Notes: generated by a model from the sequence alone, not told the origin. Shown: positions 1 through 17,667, counted from the whole stretch's first letter. The stretch: DNA of 62,625 nt, filler included, from Collodictyon triciliatum (GCA_043381765.1; 4 parts of 4 records of this genome joined end to end with filler, not necessarily neighbours in it), one strand, 5' to 3'. A program made the numbers and translations.

Positions 1-105
1 TTTCTTTCTCTTTTTCTTTCTCTTTTTCTTTCTCTTTTTCTTTCTCTTTTTCTTTCTCTTTTTCTTTCTCTTTTTCTTTCTCTTTTTCTTTCTCTTTTTC
101 TTTTC
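1..105 (+). repeat. Pyrimidine microsatellite (TTTCTTTCTCTT-like unit), probably intronic in the kinase gene
   Basis: Direct tandem repeat, followed by a candidate AG acceptor at about 119-120. Confidence 0.9.
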
Positions 106-183
106 TTCATTTAAACAAAGAATACAGAAACAAAGTTTGTAGAATAATTGCAACATGAAGTAAAATAAAACATACTCTTTAAG

Positions 184-2112
<1,929 letters not shown>

Positions 2113-2606
2113 GAAGTCCCACAAGCGACAAAACATCCTCGATGCAGAAGAAAATGGGGCGACTATGAACCCGCACAACCTTGTCCTTCTTTGCTCGCCT
2201 CATAAAAAGAGGAAACTTAGCCCCGAAACCCAAGTGCGAATCCAAAGGTGTGGCAGATTGCACTCAAAGTCATAGTTCCACATCAAGATATTATATTTCT
2301 GGAATATATACATGTATCATTTTTTGGAGTTGTATTGCGCGCCAATTTTTCCTAACTATATCTACATGTGTATGATTATATGCTAATTGCTATTTTTATG
2401 AGTTCAATAAACATCAAGTTATGTGTTGTTCGCTACTATTCATTCCGCAGTTCAGGTTCGTATTCCTTTCAGGATGGGAGTGTCACTTTTGCGAGTTGCG
2501 TTTCTTCGACTGCTCGTTTGCAACTTGCTTCTGTCCTTTGGCTACTTGAACGCTTACTCACGAAACGCTTATGTTTTCTTCAGGAAGCCCGTTCGGCGCC
2601 GAACAG

Positions 2607-5765
<3,159 letters not shown>

Positions 5766-6251
5766 ATAAATATAATAATAATCATAGTAATAATCATCAT
5801 CATAATAATAATGATACCAAAAATAAAGATAAGGTAAAATGAATAGGTCAGTGCAAATTTTTGTCTCTTTGTGACTCAGTCCCAAGGATGATATTGCATT
5901 ATGGTGTATGCTTGCGAGAAATAACAATTATCATGACTGGCATAGAAAAGCTCCGGAATATAAGTCACAGGACGCAATAAATAGTGGGTTTCAGGCAAAT
6001 CATATGGTTGTTGGAATATGAGAAATTGCATAAAGCCATTAAATTCTCGGAAGGTGATGACCACGCACTGGTTATATACATCGCCATGTTTTCTCTTTTC
6101 TCTCTCTTTTTGAATAAGTTACTACAGTCCCTAAAATCCACCAAATTATTGTAAGTACTCTCAAAAGTAATGTCATTGTCGAAAAACACAGAACTGATTC
6201 TTCCTCAAAATCCTGAAAATGTTTTTCCGCGCCCAAAGCTAAAATTGGATA

Positions 6252-6252
<1 letters not shown>

Positions 6253-6282
<30 letters not shown>

Positions 6283-6364
6283 TGTATGTATGTATGTATG
6301 TATGTATGTATGTATGTATGTATGTATGTATGTATGTATGTATGTATGTATGTATGTATGTATG
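6253..6364 (+). repeat. (TATG)n microsatellite between convergent genes
   Basis: Perfect tetranucleotide repeat. Confidence 0.95.
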
Positions 6365-6982
6365 AGGGTGCTTTTCAATTAAAATTCAGATATTGATTAA
6401 TACCTTGTATTTGACTTTTGAAAACTTGAGTAATTAGCCCTCCTCAATTCACTACATTTTAATGAATTCATGATACATACATATGAATGTATATGCTGTT
6501 TGAATGATGTTTTGTGATGAAATTTTAATGGATTTCAAGAGCCGTATTTTCTTCGAGACTGCCATGAAATTGAGAATGTGTTTGGCTGGGTTGAATTTAG
6601 CTGAAAATATAATTCGATATGGGTGGTGGTTTTGGCGGGTATGTTTTCTTATAAAGGGCATAAAATTGATTAAGTGAGCGAAGACAACAAAGTGATAGTA
6701 CTGAATAAAAAGTAATATAAAAATAGTCGTTTCATCCATCCTAAGGAAGGTGATTTGGTATTTGTTTGTGTGTTAGAAATGCGTAGGTTGCCCATAGCCG
6801 ACTGTGCTATATTGTTTTCATGCTCAGAGCTGATACTTCACAAACTCTGCGAAAAGAAGGTACATTTTATATCAAATTTACTCAAACGTGTAAAAAAAAA
6901 AAGAAGGAAAAATCACTTGAATCCTTTTGGTGGATACCTACAAATGTCTTATAATTGGAACGGGGATGAATGCAGTACAGTG

Positions 6983-9763
6983 TCATCCGTGCAAACCCAG
7001 AGCATACATCGTGATTGTGTGCGCATCTCGGCTGGATACATAAAGGCGACCGCCCGGCTGCAAAGAGACACCCCACGGATGGTTGCAAGTGATATATTTG
7101 ACTACCTTCCCGTCTGCTGCGTACATGTGGATGCGATTGTCATTGTACGAGGCCACAAGGAAGCTTCCGTTGGGAGCCGCACAAAGAGTCGCATAGTCAC
7201 GGACCGCGGCAACGTGAACACAGCGGACGAGGCTTCCATGTGTAGTGAGAAAGTGAACCTTAGAACCAGCAAAGCCGATGACGCCGATTGTATTGTCACT
7301 CGCCACCATGAGCCCATCGCACTGGGTCAAATCCGGCACTGAGCCAGAGTTTACAACAAATCGAACAAAGACTCCTCGCGGGTCAAACATCTGGATGCGA
7401 TTGTTTCCAGAGTCGCTTACAAAGAGATTCCCCTCAGTGTCAAATGCCAAATGATGCGGTTTGTTGAACTCACCAGGGTTGCTTCCTTTTTGCCCGATAG
7501 TCTTTATGTGCACAAACTCATCTGTCATGAGCTGGACTCGGTGGTTGGCTCCTTCGGACACGGCCACGATACCTTGTGGAGATATTGCAATGCCAATCGG
7601 ATAATTGAACTGCATCTTTCCCACACCCTTTTCACCCACCGATTTGATGTGGTCGAGCTGTGGTGAAAGCTGCTGTATTCTAAAGTTCATGCCATCGGCC
7701 ACAAAGACGGCCCCGGTGATTGGGTGTCTGGCGAGGCCGAAAGGGCACATGAATTGTTGAGGCCCGCGACCAAGCTTGCCGATTGTACGAACGACGTGGT
7801 GCTGGTCTCTGCTTCGGCTTGCATCATGCAAGGGAAGCGAAGTGACAATATCGCCCGAGGGTAATGCAGGAGAAGGCGACTGTGGTGGGCCAATCGCCCG
7901 CACCAGACTGGGACTTGAGGGCTGAGACACTTGTCTGGCAGGGCTCTGGGGAGGAAATGGCGTTTGCGCTTGAGGTCGTGCAAATGCATCCGACACTGGG
8001 CGGACTGACTGAACTACATTTGGAGTGCTTTGCTGCAAATTAGAGTCTGTATGGTGACTAACAAATATTTTGATGTAATAGAGAATAAAGTCCATCGTTT
8101 TGTGGGCATCGTTCACACAGGGTGGCGCTTGTATTGTTCTCATCGGTCGAGAGAGGTGATTTTGGGCGATGGAGTCGAGGATGTCATATTCAATATTTTG
8201 CGGTGCTGTTTGCAGGTCGTTGCTTTGGAAGGGCTTTGTTTGGTTTCTCTCATTAGTGATGAAGTCGATTTGTTCGATGGCCATTTGAATGCTTTCTTTT
8301 TCGTTTGCGACGGCTCTTAGGTGGTGGTTGTATCCATCTTCTAACTAGAGGTAGGCGTGATAATACTAATTACATCAAGTGTATTGCAGATTTAGGAATA
8401 CTATTTAATCAGCAGCCAGCGATTATCTATGTCATCATTTTTCTTTACCAAAGAAGATATACTTGTTGCATTACGGTAGCTTCCACTCGGCCAAGAAGCT
8501 CCCTGATTGTGTTTAGCTTTTCTGACATTGCCTCCTTTAGCTTGGTCACTTTTGTCACTTCCTAATATATTTTGCATCAGGTTGTAATTTTTTATTTTAT
8601 TTTTTTTGCTCGCACTAACGCATGGAATAAGACATATGATTTACTGGCAAAATCACATATCAAAAGAAATAGAAATAGAAATAGAACAAAGATGATAAAA
8701 TCAAACAAACATGCTCCAAAAGAACTTGTGCCCGTTCATCCACGGCGAGCATATCGCGCTTCAGTCTCATCGCTCTTTCTGCAAAACTATCTACAAATCC
8801 AGACGAGGATACTGAAGACGACCGCATACATTCGTTTCCAAGCACAGATTCTGCTATTTTTTCAGATTGCTGTGAACTACTCGACTCTGCGTTTTCTGAA
8901 ACAGCCACTTTACGCCCCTCCAATCGGATATACTTTGCGCGGCTTTCATTCCCACTTCCGCTCCCTGTGTTGGACTCGGTCACTTCGGAGAGATTTTCAT
9001 CCACCCTATGGGTTCATAAAACAAATCAAATCAAATCAAATCAAATCAAATCAAATAATATAATATAATATAAAACAAGTAAAGCATGAACCAAATAAAA
9101 CAGAAATATACATATACGTACATATATATGTAAAAGTCAGTATGCACGATAAGTAAACATTTAAATAAAAAGAATAAAGAAAAAGAATAAAGAAAAAGAA
9201 TAAAGAAAAAGAATAAAGAAAAAGAATAAAGAAAAAGAATAAAGAAAAAGAATAAAGAAAAAGAATAAAGAATAAAGAATAAAGAAAAAGAATAAAGAAT
9301 AAAGAAAAAGAATAAAGAATAAAGAAAAGAAAAAGAAAAAGAAAAAGAAAAAGAAAAAGAAAAAGAAAAGAAAAGAGGGAAGGACAATGGTGTTGATACC
9401 AATAATAAAACAACGCGCTACATAGTTTTGAGGGCGGTGTATCGAAAAGGCTTCCGGCCTTTCTGCATGATATAGACAACAGCAAGAGACTCACGGCGTT
9501 TGGCTCTCGCACAACGGCATATAAAGAGTCTTGAGGTCTGATCCAGCCGCAGTCACAATGACGCGACAGACTGAACAAAAGAGCGCGGCAGACGACGAAA
9601 CAAAACTCAGGCGTTCGGGAGAGAGACACGCCGTGCAACAAACGTGTCCGCATGACAGTTGCTTCCTGACCAGAGTTCGGCCGCACTCTCGTCTGCACAT
9701 TCCGCATTGGCGCAGGTCGCTCATCACGCAGCGCGGGGGAGAAGGACAGAGAAGCCGCTTCAT
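6983..9763 (-). CDS. RING-HC + coiled-coil + NHL-repeat protein (TRIM-NHL-like E3 ligase, no B-box seen)
   Basis: First exon (9495-9763, alternative ATG at 9724) encodes CGMC..CGHVCCTAC..CSVC. Helical exons follow at about 8710-9006, 8478-8562 and from about 8344. The final exon has NHL repeats (QFNYPIGIAIS..VSEGANHRVQ, EFNKPHHLAFD..VSDSGNNRIQMF) and ends at TGA 6983. Confidence 0.85.
9165..9375 (-). repeat. Compound purine-rich (plus strand) microsatellite in the RING-NHL intron
   Basis: AAAGAAT/AAAAAG tandem units. Confidence 0.9.
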
Positions 9764-10001
9764 GCGGAACAGAGGCAGCAATAAGCACAACAAATGAAGC
9801 AGGAAGAAGGTTTGGGTGAGAAAGCGGCGGATGGCTGAAAAGAGAGGCTTTCCAGGCAGCAATAAAGATCCGCGAGTCACAGGATCAGCGCCTCTCATTC
9901 AGTGGGATGACATGTTTTGTTTATTCGTGGTGGAGTATATTAGTGTGGTGTAAACTGGTCTGAAGATTTTGCTATTGACACCCTTCCGTCTGTATCGTTT
10001 T

Positions 10002-10002
<1 letters not shown>

Positions 10003-10032
<30 letters not shown>

Positions 10033-10098
10033 GTTTTTGTTTTGTTTTGTTTTGTTTTGTTTTGTTTTGTTTTGTTTTGTTTTGTTTTGTTTTGTTTT
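10003..10098 (+). repeat. (TTTTG)n microsatellite
   Basis: Direct repeat. Confidence 0.95.
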
Positions 10099-10173
10099 AA
10101 TTTGAAAGACGCTGAAGACATGCAAAAGTATAGTGCTTGATGTTGCTGGTAATGATAGCTAATGACTGTTGTC

Positions 10174-12108
10174 TCACGAGTTAATGCTCCTTTGGCTCAC
10201 TGGTGCTACTGGGCGGTCTTCTCCAAAGATAAGGATTCTGTAAGAAATGAATTAGTGACATATGGCGCACACAGAAACAGACACAGACGATGGTGCATTG
10301 GGGCACAATACGGTTCAGTACCGATAGTTTTGGCGGAGCTTCTTATTGTTGCCATATATGATGCTGTTGAAGAAGCCGAAAGTCGGGGAGAAGATGGAAT
10401 GGATAAGATAAAGCCAGAACTATCCAAGGTTGGTTTATCAAAGTGGAGTATTGTTGTTTTTAATAAATATTCTGCTCTTCGCGAGCACATGCGTTATACT
10501 TTACTGTGTTAAAAGTTTTGGGAAAGTAAGTATGATAAACCCGAGACAAATTGAAAAAAAAACCTGCGGGTGGTCGGGATCGATGATGTTCTGGATGCGA
10601 TTGATAACAGCCCAAATCCAACAAAACACCCATGAAATCACTACGCTTAGTAGCCTTCGGCTGATTTCGTCTCGAAAGCGGTCCATATTGGCAGATTTTG
10701 GTGTGTATCCATCTCCATTCCCGGACTATTTTAATTCATCTTTAGTTGTTCGTAAACTTCTTTTCTTTTCTTCAAATCCTAGCTGATTTTAAAATAATTT
10801 TTTTGTCTATATATTCAAGTTGTACTTCTGGTAAAACAGATAAATGTATCGATATTCTGAAGAAAGAAAAAAAAAAGGCAAAAGGTGATGGAATGAAAAT
10901 GCAACTCTTTACTTGAAGCTTTAAAAGCTCTCGGTGGCAGATTGCGTAGATGCCCAGGTTGATAATTAGAATTGCAATCATGGGCCCGTAGAAGAAGGCA
11001 AAGCGAAATGGACTTTCAGGGTCTTCAATCCAGCACCTAGTAACAACGAATAGAGGGAATTCATTCAGACATGATAAAAAAAAATGAGGTGAAGATACAA
11101 ATTTAATTACTGAACGAAAAAAAAAAAAAAAAGAAGCACCAAACACCAGCTTCACCAAAGCTTTCGAGGGATAAAAGAATGATTAGAAACAATCCAGGAA
11201 TTCCCCATGCAACCATATGAAAGTATCTTTCGTAATCTTCAAGCTAGACCATACAGACCGGAAGAAATGTGTTAATTGCAAAATCTGGACAGCGCTCCTG
11301 AAAATTGGCGCATCAAATGGGATACGTTCATTATTTACACTCAGATAAAAACCACATGGTGAAAAAATAAGATTGGTTGAAGTACATACATGAACTAAAG
11401 GCCTTGTAATCATAAAGTATGCCGCCAGGGCTATGAAGAATGTCCATATGAAAGCCGAGAGATAAAAGAATTGAATGCCCGCTCCTGCCACAAAAGTATT
11501 CGCCATTGTGTGTGTCATGAATCAAAAGTGATAAAGAGAGAAAAGAGAGAGAAAAGAGAGAGAAAAGAGAGAGAAAAGAGAGAGAAAAGAGAGAGAAAAG
11601 AGAGAGAAAAGAGAGAGAAAAGAGAGAGAAAAGANNNNNNNNNNNNNNNNNNNNNNNNNNNNNNNNNNNNNNNNNNNNNNNNNNNNNNNNNNNNNNNNNN
11701 NNNNNNNNNNNNNNNNNNNNNNNNNNNNNNNNNNNNNNNNNNNNAGAGAGAAAAAGAGAGAAAAAGAGAGAAAAAGAGAGAAAAAGAGAGAAAAAGAGAG
11801 AAAAAGAGAGAAAAAGAGAGAAAAAGAGAGAAAAAGAGAGAAAAACCTTGCAAAACGCAAGCAAAGTGCTCTCCAGGATTTGCTGTGTCGAAGCTTGATC
11901 CAGCAGCAAAAACAGACATCAGAGTAGAAAAGGAGCCAAACAAGTCTGTAATGGACTGGATAAAAACCAGCTTCAAGGCGAATGATCGCAACGCCGGGAA
12001 CCGCACATACGAGAATATCACGAATAAGCAGCCGATGATGGACAGGCAGCATGCGGTGAACGTGACAGACCGAATCGCTGTGGTTTCGTCACGGGAAAAG
12101 CTTGTCAT
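10174..12108 (-). CDS. cAMP receptor / GCR1-like 7TM GPCR, multi-exon
   Basis: Spliced peptides: MTSFSRDE..CCLSIIGCLFVIFSYVRFPALRSFALKLVFIQSITD, CVLQG, IQFFYLSAFIWTFFIA, YFHMVAWG, CWIEDP..RFAFFYGP, VFCWIWAVINRI, GFFNSIIYG. These are typical Dicty_CAR/GCR1 signatures. Stop is TGA 10174. An upstream in-frame ATG lies at 12135. Confidence 0.88.
11533..11845. repeat. GA-rich microsatellite flanking a 110-N gap (11635-11744), intronic in the GPCR gene
   Basis: AAAAGAGAGAG-type tandem units on both sides of the N run. Confidence 0.9.
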
Positions 12109-12949
12109 TCTAAGGTGCCCAATAGAAACTTTCATGAACTCGTTTCTGACTCTGTTCATTTTTCTTATTTTCAACTCTCACTTTCACTCTCACTCTCTCT
12201 CAATCTCATTGGCGCCATTTTTCTGTCCTTTGAAAGCCCAGTGCAAACTGATAGTTATGGATAAAGCCCAGGATATTGCCACAAAACAAAAGTCTCCGTT
12301 AGATATATTCCATATAGTGTATTTGGTATTTTTATTTGTGGAAGTTATATAATATTATGTAGCTTCAGGTTCAATTCACACAAATATGGATATTTATAGG
12401 TGTCAAGTTTGCGCTAATGCCGCAATATTAATCTGGGGAAAGGAAATCGCACCCGCCTTAGTTTCGTTGGTTTTGTTTTTTCAAAATACGCCGTGTTGTC
12501 CTTTGTGGGTTGTGGATCACCCATCAGAGACACAAACACACACAAAGCACAAAAACGAAGGCAACTTCGCGGGCGTCCCAGGAGTCAAGACACATCTGCC
12601 ACTTTTTGTATTCATCGGACAGAGAAGAATAGAACAGGAGACCTTAGAAAAGAAGCTGAGAGCGAAAAAAAAACAAAACCAAAGGAATATGAGAAAGATC
12701 GAAATGAAAACAGGAAAAGACCTGTGAACCAACAAAGACCCGTCACTCGTTAGTTTTCTACACAAAACTTTGCCTTTCATAAGGCAGGAAACCACCTTTG
12801 CCCTTTTAGTTTGTGGTCACAAAAGTCCCACTCTCTTTTTCTTTTTCTGATTGTATTTATTTGGTTTAGATATGCCGATGGACAATAAGTTGTTTCTTTA
12901 TTTCATTCTTTCATGGTTTCAAAATAGGCTTAAAGTTCAGGCTCGGAGG

Positions 12950-15262
12950 ATGGGTCACCCTGGTCCCTTTGAACCCAAACAGTTCAAGGACATCGAGTTC
13001 GACAAGTACTCTGTTTCTATCACTGTGATGACGGCCTTTGGACTGATCATCGCAGCGTTCTTTAAGTTTGTCTTAGGGCTCATCGACTTTGTAGGGTTTC
13101 ATTCATGTATTTACCAGATATTCACGTCCTTTTACATATTTATTTATTTTATTATTTGCCTGGGAACAATTATATTTTGAACTTAACATTTTGCTTGCTC
13201 GAGTATCTCTCTTGAGACTGAGACTGAATATATTTGGGAGACAAAATAAGCCAGAAGAAAAAAACACTAACTAGATTATCATCCTCCTCTCTTCAATATA
13301 TCTTTATGGTCAAATAAAAAAGTATATGAAGAATCAGATACCCCAATTGTATGACATTATTCAAAGACTTTACAAGGGTATGAACTATGTTACAAGCTGT
13401 AATACTATTAATATCTGTTTTTTTTTAATTCTTTGATATTTTCTTCTTTTTTTTGACCTTTATTTTTTTTAATAAATAGAATTGATGGTCTGCAGTGCGA
13501 TATCTATGTTTGTGTTTATAAGCAAGTTCACAAACTTTGTGGCTCATATTACGTCACAAGAAATGCCGGGAATGATGTATGACCTTGTGACCTTGTTATT
13601 TATTACCGGTTTTCTGGTATACACAGTATTCATCATGTACCTGATGTTGTTGGGAACGTACTTTATGAACAGATGGTCATCCTTTGAGCAATCTATCCCA
13701 AGTAAAACTTAATATACATTTTATCCCACATAAATCCAAAATCATTACTTTGCTGATTAAAGAAGCTCTATCCATTTTCCTTTCATTTATTTCCAAGAAC
13801 AATTATGTATTCAAAATTGATGAGGATGAAGCCTTTGATACACAAAACTAGGCAAAATCAAATAAAACATCAGATTTTAAAATAAATTATGACAGGTATC
13901 ATGGAAGAGAGGAGCAACGAAACGCTGGAGATGATAAAGAGACGACCCCTTCTTACAAGATATACAAATATACGATTGTTGATAGACCATTGGCGCTTCC
14001 AAGAGGCATATGAATACCATCTTGCTCGCAGTGATTTCATTATCAACCATGACCTCAGTGATTGCTTCGAGTATAGTTCATATTTACGGAAATGTATCCG
14101 GGAGGTGATTGCTCGACTACTCAAAATCCATTGGTCATTTTGGTTTCTTATTTTTCTTATTGTATGTGGTCAGCATGTTCGAATGGAGTTGGGATATCGC
14201 CTGACACGCAAAGAGCACCTCATCCTCTTTGCCGTGCTCGGTTGGGTATCCCTTTTTGTTGGCCTTTTAGCCATGCTGAAGTGTAAATACCTATGGAACC
14301 ACATACTTAGGTCAGGTGCTGGCCCAGGGTCTGATTGGAATAATACAAAAGCGGAGCAAAACTTGGAAACCGTGGACGCAAACTTCCATCCACGAAGAAT
14401 AAGGGAGCTTGACATGGGCTTGGATGTCGATTTGGGACTTCATGTCCATCCAAAAGTCGCTCCTCAACAAAGCCCTTCGCTGCATAAGCCTGGGCAACAA
14501 AAGCCACAACAACCCATGAACCATGTGGCGGATGCAAATACTCGCGCGGACTACCAAAATGTTGGTGAAGAACAGCGAGAAAATAGGCCAAACCAAACCG
14601 CATACGAGAAACACAAGGTCAAGCCGCCGCCAGATTCTCAAGCGACGTCCATGGGCTCATATTTTGAGCTGGATGAGGACCAAGATATTGAAGCAGGATT
14701 CGCAAGAACTTTGCCATCTTCAGCAGATTCGATTGAACAAAACCGACAAGGGAATGAAAACATTAGGGGTGGAGGGAATCTTGGCCGTCTTTTTCCAGCA
14801 GGTTTCCAGTCTCCTTATCCTGTCCAACCAAAACATTACACACGCCGTCAATCTCCGCTTTCGGCTGAAGCTGAGAAGTTGCTTCGAAACCATCGCACGA
14901 GGCAACCATTGTCTGAATCGGAGACCAGTCAGAACCCAGTTGTCGCATCTACATATGTCCCTTTTGAAAAGCTGTTTTGGCTGCGCGGTCCTCGGCCGTT
15001 GCTGTGGACTCTTCGTGGAGTTTTGTTCTACCAAATCTTCCATATTTCCCTCTACTCTCTATATTACTTTCCTCTCGCAGTTGACATTGGTTTGTTGTGG
15101 ATTCACTTTTTGATTGTGATTCCACCGGTCATATTTCTGTTTGTCCTGCTTCCGCTTCTTCTTCCGTTTTATACCATCATCAGCGTGAGTGGCATGTTTT
15201 CACAAGGGACTATGATTCGCCTCACTCTTTTGCAACAAGGCTGGTCGTCTGATGGCCAGTAG
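12950..15262 (+). CDS. MLO: MLO-family 7TM protein
   Basis: Exons about 12950-13090, 13323-13377, 13480-13701 and about 13896-15262. Motifs matching plant MLO: LYDIIQRLYKELMVCSAIS (cf. ALEKxKEELMxLGFIS), FEYSSYLRKCIREVIARLLKIHWSFW (cf. FxFHKYxxRSxEDDFxxVVGISxxLW), LFWLRGPRPLLWTLRGVLFYQIF (cf. FWFxRPxxxLxLIHxxLFQNAF), LPFYTIIS (cf. TLPLYALVT). The start codon is tentative. Confidence 0.75.
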
Positions 15263-15489
15263 TCCACTGATACTAAGCTTCGTTGGACAATACGCTAGTA
15301 TTATCAGCTGGATTTTGAGTCCTCTTTTTTTCTTTTTCACGAAGGATTCGTCACAGCAACATACGGCATCTCATTCTTTCCTTATCAACACCAAAATCAT
15401 TTATAAAGTTCACGATGATGTGTTTGCTGAACTTTTGTTTGCGACGAAATGATAATATCTTGCCTTTCCCTTTGTTTCATTTTATTCTT

Positions 15490-15612
15490 ATCAATCTTTT
15501 TAATTCTTTTTTATTTTTTAATTCTTTTTTAATTCTTTTTTAATTCTTTTTTAATTCTTTTTTAATTCTTTTTTAATTCTTTTTTAATTCTTTAATTCTT
15601 TTTAATTCTTTC
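15490..15612 (+). repeat. (TTTTTTAATTC)n minisatellite downstream of MLO
   Basis: 11-nt tandem units. Confidence 0.85.
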
Positions 15613-16206
15613 TTATTTTAAGTTCTGTTGCGCATATCAGTTGGTTTTTGTTTAAAAAAAATGACTCGCAATTCTATTTAATGGTGAATATTTTTCAACA
15701 TCCATATTTCTTTGTATTCATAACATCATCCACGCCTTTCGTTGACCTCTGCGTTGTTTTGTCGGAAAAGCTGCACCGATTTCACAACGACAAAGTCCCA
15801 GTGCCCAGAATCGAACGAGACGGCTTTACAAAGAGAAAAATGAGCCTTCGCGTTATAAAGCCTTGCGCCAAATCGCACCACTTTCGCCTCTTTTCGTCTG
15901 ACAGGAGAAAACAGAGTCTCGATCGAACAACAATCCGCATGAGAGGGCGCCAAAAGTCCTGCTCTCAGCACAGCTCCTTTTTTTTTTTTTTTTTATTGCT
16001 TTTTATTGTGATCACTTCCCCAGAGTTGCAGGAGCAGAGGCAACACTAATAACCTCACTTTTTCCCTCTACCTATCATCGATTTTTTTTTTTTTTTTACA
16101 TATATTTATACTGTGTTATACCCGCAAAGCGCGAGCCCAGGCCAGAAGAGAGTCAAGACCTGCCAACCACCTCCACCCACTCGCAACAGCAAAGTGTAAG
16201 CGCACG

Positions 16207-17667
16207 ATGAACACGCCTGCTTCAAGCAATAACGACGCTACGGGGCAGACAGTTGCCGATCACAGACGGATCGATCTTCTGCGTTGGAAAGTCACTGTCT
16301 TTGTGCTCCTCAAAGTCGCCTCCCAGTCCACGCCGTTGATTCTGATCGTGCTCTTGCTGATGGCCATCTACTACGCCCCGTCTCTTGTGATTCCACCCGA
16401 CTCTGAGGACTTTGATGTGATGGTCTTGCTGGTCTACACAAAGATCCGCGTCATGCTGCTGATCCTGTTTATGTCGCTGCTCTACATCAGCGGCGGCATC
16501 AAGCTCTTTGGACATCACTTTATGATTCGCCCGATGATGTTCGTTATTCTGCCCATCTTTGTGCTTTCGGGACTTGTCTGGCCCGTGGCGCAGTATCTGG
16601 GCTCATTCCAATATCCAATCACCTTGCCTCTGTCGCTGGTGACGCCGGTTGCGATGTTCCATCTCATCAAGAAGGCGGAACTGCCTCCTGGCGCGGACGA
16701 GAGGCTAATTGGATTCTACCACCTCACAAAAGACGGATCACCCATGGCTATCTGCAAAGGCATCCTCGGCTTCTTCTTTGTCCTTATTCTCTTTCGCTTT
16801 ATCTTTCGTGTTTACCTCAACGCAAGTCTGCTTTCCCAGATGGCTTTTCGGCTCCTTGTAGCGCCATTGATTGTTGCAGCGCTGCAGTTTTTCCAGACGC
16901 GGATTCTTTTCGGCCTTTCCATTGAGCATATGCAGTATCGCCTTATTGCGAGTGTGTGCTCCAGCCAAGACATGCGCTTCATGACGCGCTTAATGGTGTC
17001 TGCCGTTGTCTCGGCAGACTATCCAAACATGTACGTCTGGCTGATATTCTGGTCTACACTGGTGGATAGTATACTCAGAATCACTTACTTGCGTCGGTCT
17101 CGCCTTTTCTATCGCATTATTCATAACGTCAAAGGCTTATTCAGATGCTTTGTGCGATTGAAAGAAAAGAAAGTAACAAACGTAAATCTCGTGTCTGTAA
17201 TGAATCTCGAAAGCAATCCACCGGCACAAAATGAGTCGGCTGATGCGGAAAATCCACCAGCGATCGATAGCCAGTTCGACTCAAACAACCAGGGCAGCCC
17301 TTATTCAGAATACGATCCAAACTATATGGTCAGAATGCGTGTACTTCATGTCATCGAAGAGATGGGCACAGAGTTGCGGGTCATGATAATCGTTCCAATC
17401 TTGCTGTACTTTCTACACAACCTGTATCCAGACTCCGCCTTCCAGACCATCGATTCGCTCAGAGAGGTTCTTTACCAGATAGGCACGCAGCTCCTGTTTG
17501 TTGTGGTTGGGGATATGATATCGCTGTGGATTGAAATGTTTTACTTGGATATTCCCATCGAGCCCGATGAAATCCCCTGGGTCGACCCTTTCCTCTACGC
17601 GAAAGTCTTTTCCACCTTCGCCTCTATTCTATACTTTGACTGGTATGTGGGAGGAATGCCACCGTAA
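16207..17667 (+). CDS. Intronless 486-aa multi-pass membrane protein of unknown family
   Basis: Uninterrupted ATG-to-TAA ORF with about 9-10 hydrophobic segments, a polar loop near aa 320-370 and coding-like GC content. Confidence 0.8.
   Translation: MNTPASSNNDATGQTVADHRRIDLLRWKVTVFVLLKVASQSTPLILIVLLLMAIYYAPSLVIPPDSEDFDVMVLLVYTKIRVMLLILFMSLLYISGGIKLFGHHFMIRPMMFVILPIFVLSGLVWPVAQYLGSFQYPITLPLSLVTPVAMFHLIKKAELPPGADERLIGFYHLTKDGSPMAICKGILGFFFVLILFRFIFRVYLNASLLSQMAFRLLVAPLIVAALQFFQTRILFGLSIEHMQYRLIASVCSSQDMRFMTRLMVSAVVSADYPNMYVWLIFWSTLVDSILRITYLRRSRLFYRIIHNVKGLFRCFVRLKEKKVTNVNLVSVMNLESNPPAQNESADAENPPAIDSQFDSNNQGSPYSEYDPNYMVRMRVLHVIEEMGTELRVMIIVPILLYFLHNLYPDSAFQTIDSLREVLYQIGTQLLFVVVGDMISLWIEMFYLDIPIEPDEIPWVDPFLYAKVFSTFASILYFDWYVGGMPP

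Noticed and set aside
6755-7342. 195-aa plus-strand ORF and other antisense ORFs over real exons (for example 14307-15043, 18283-18624, 19317-19764)
   Set aside because: Shadow ORFs of GC-richer coding exons on the opposite strand, with no motifs.
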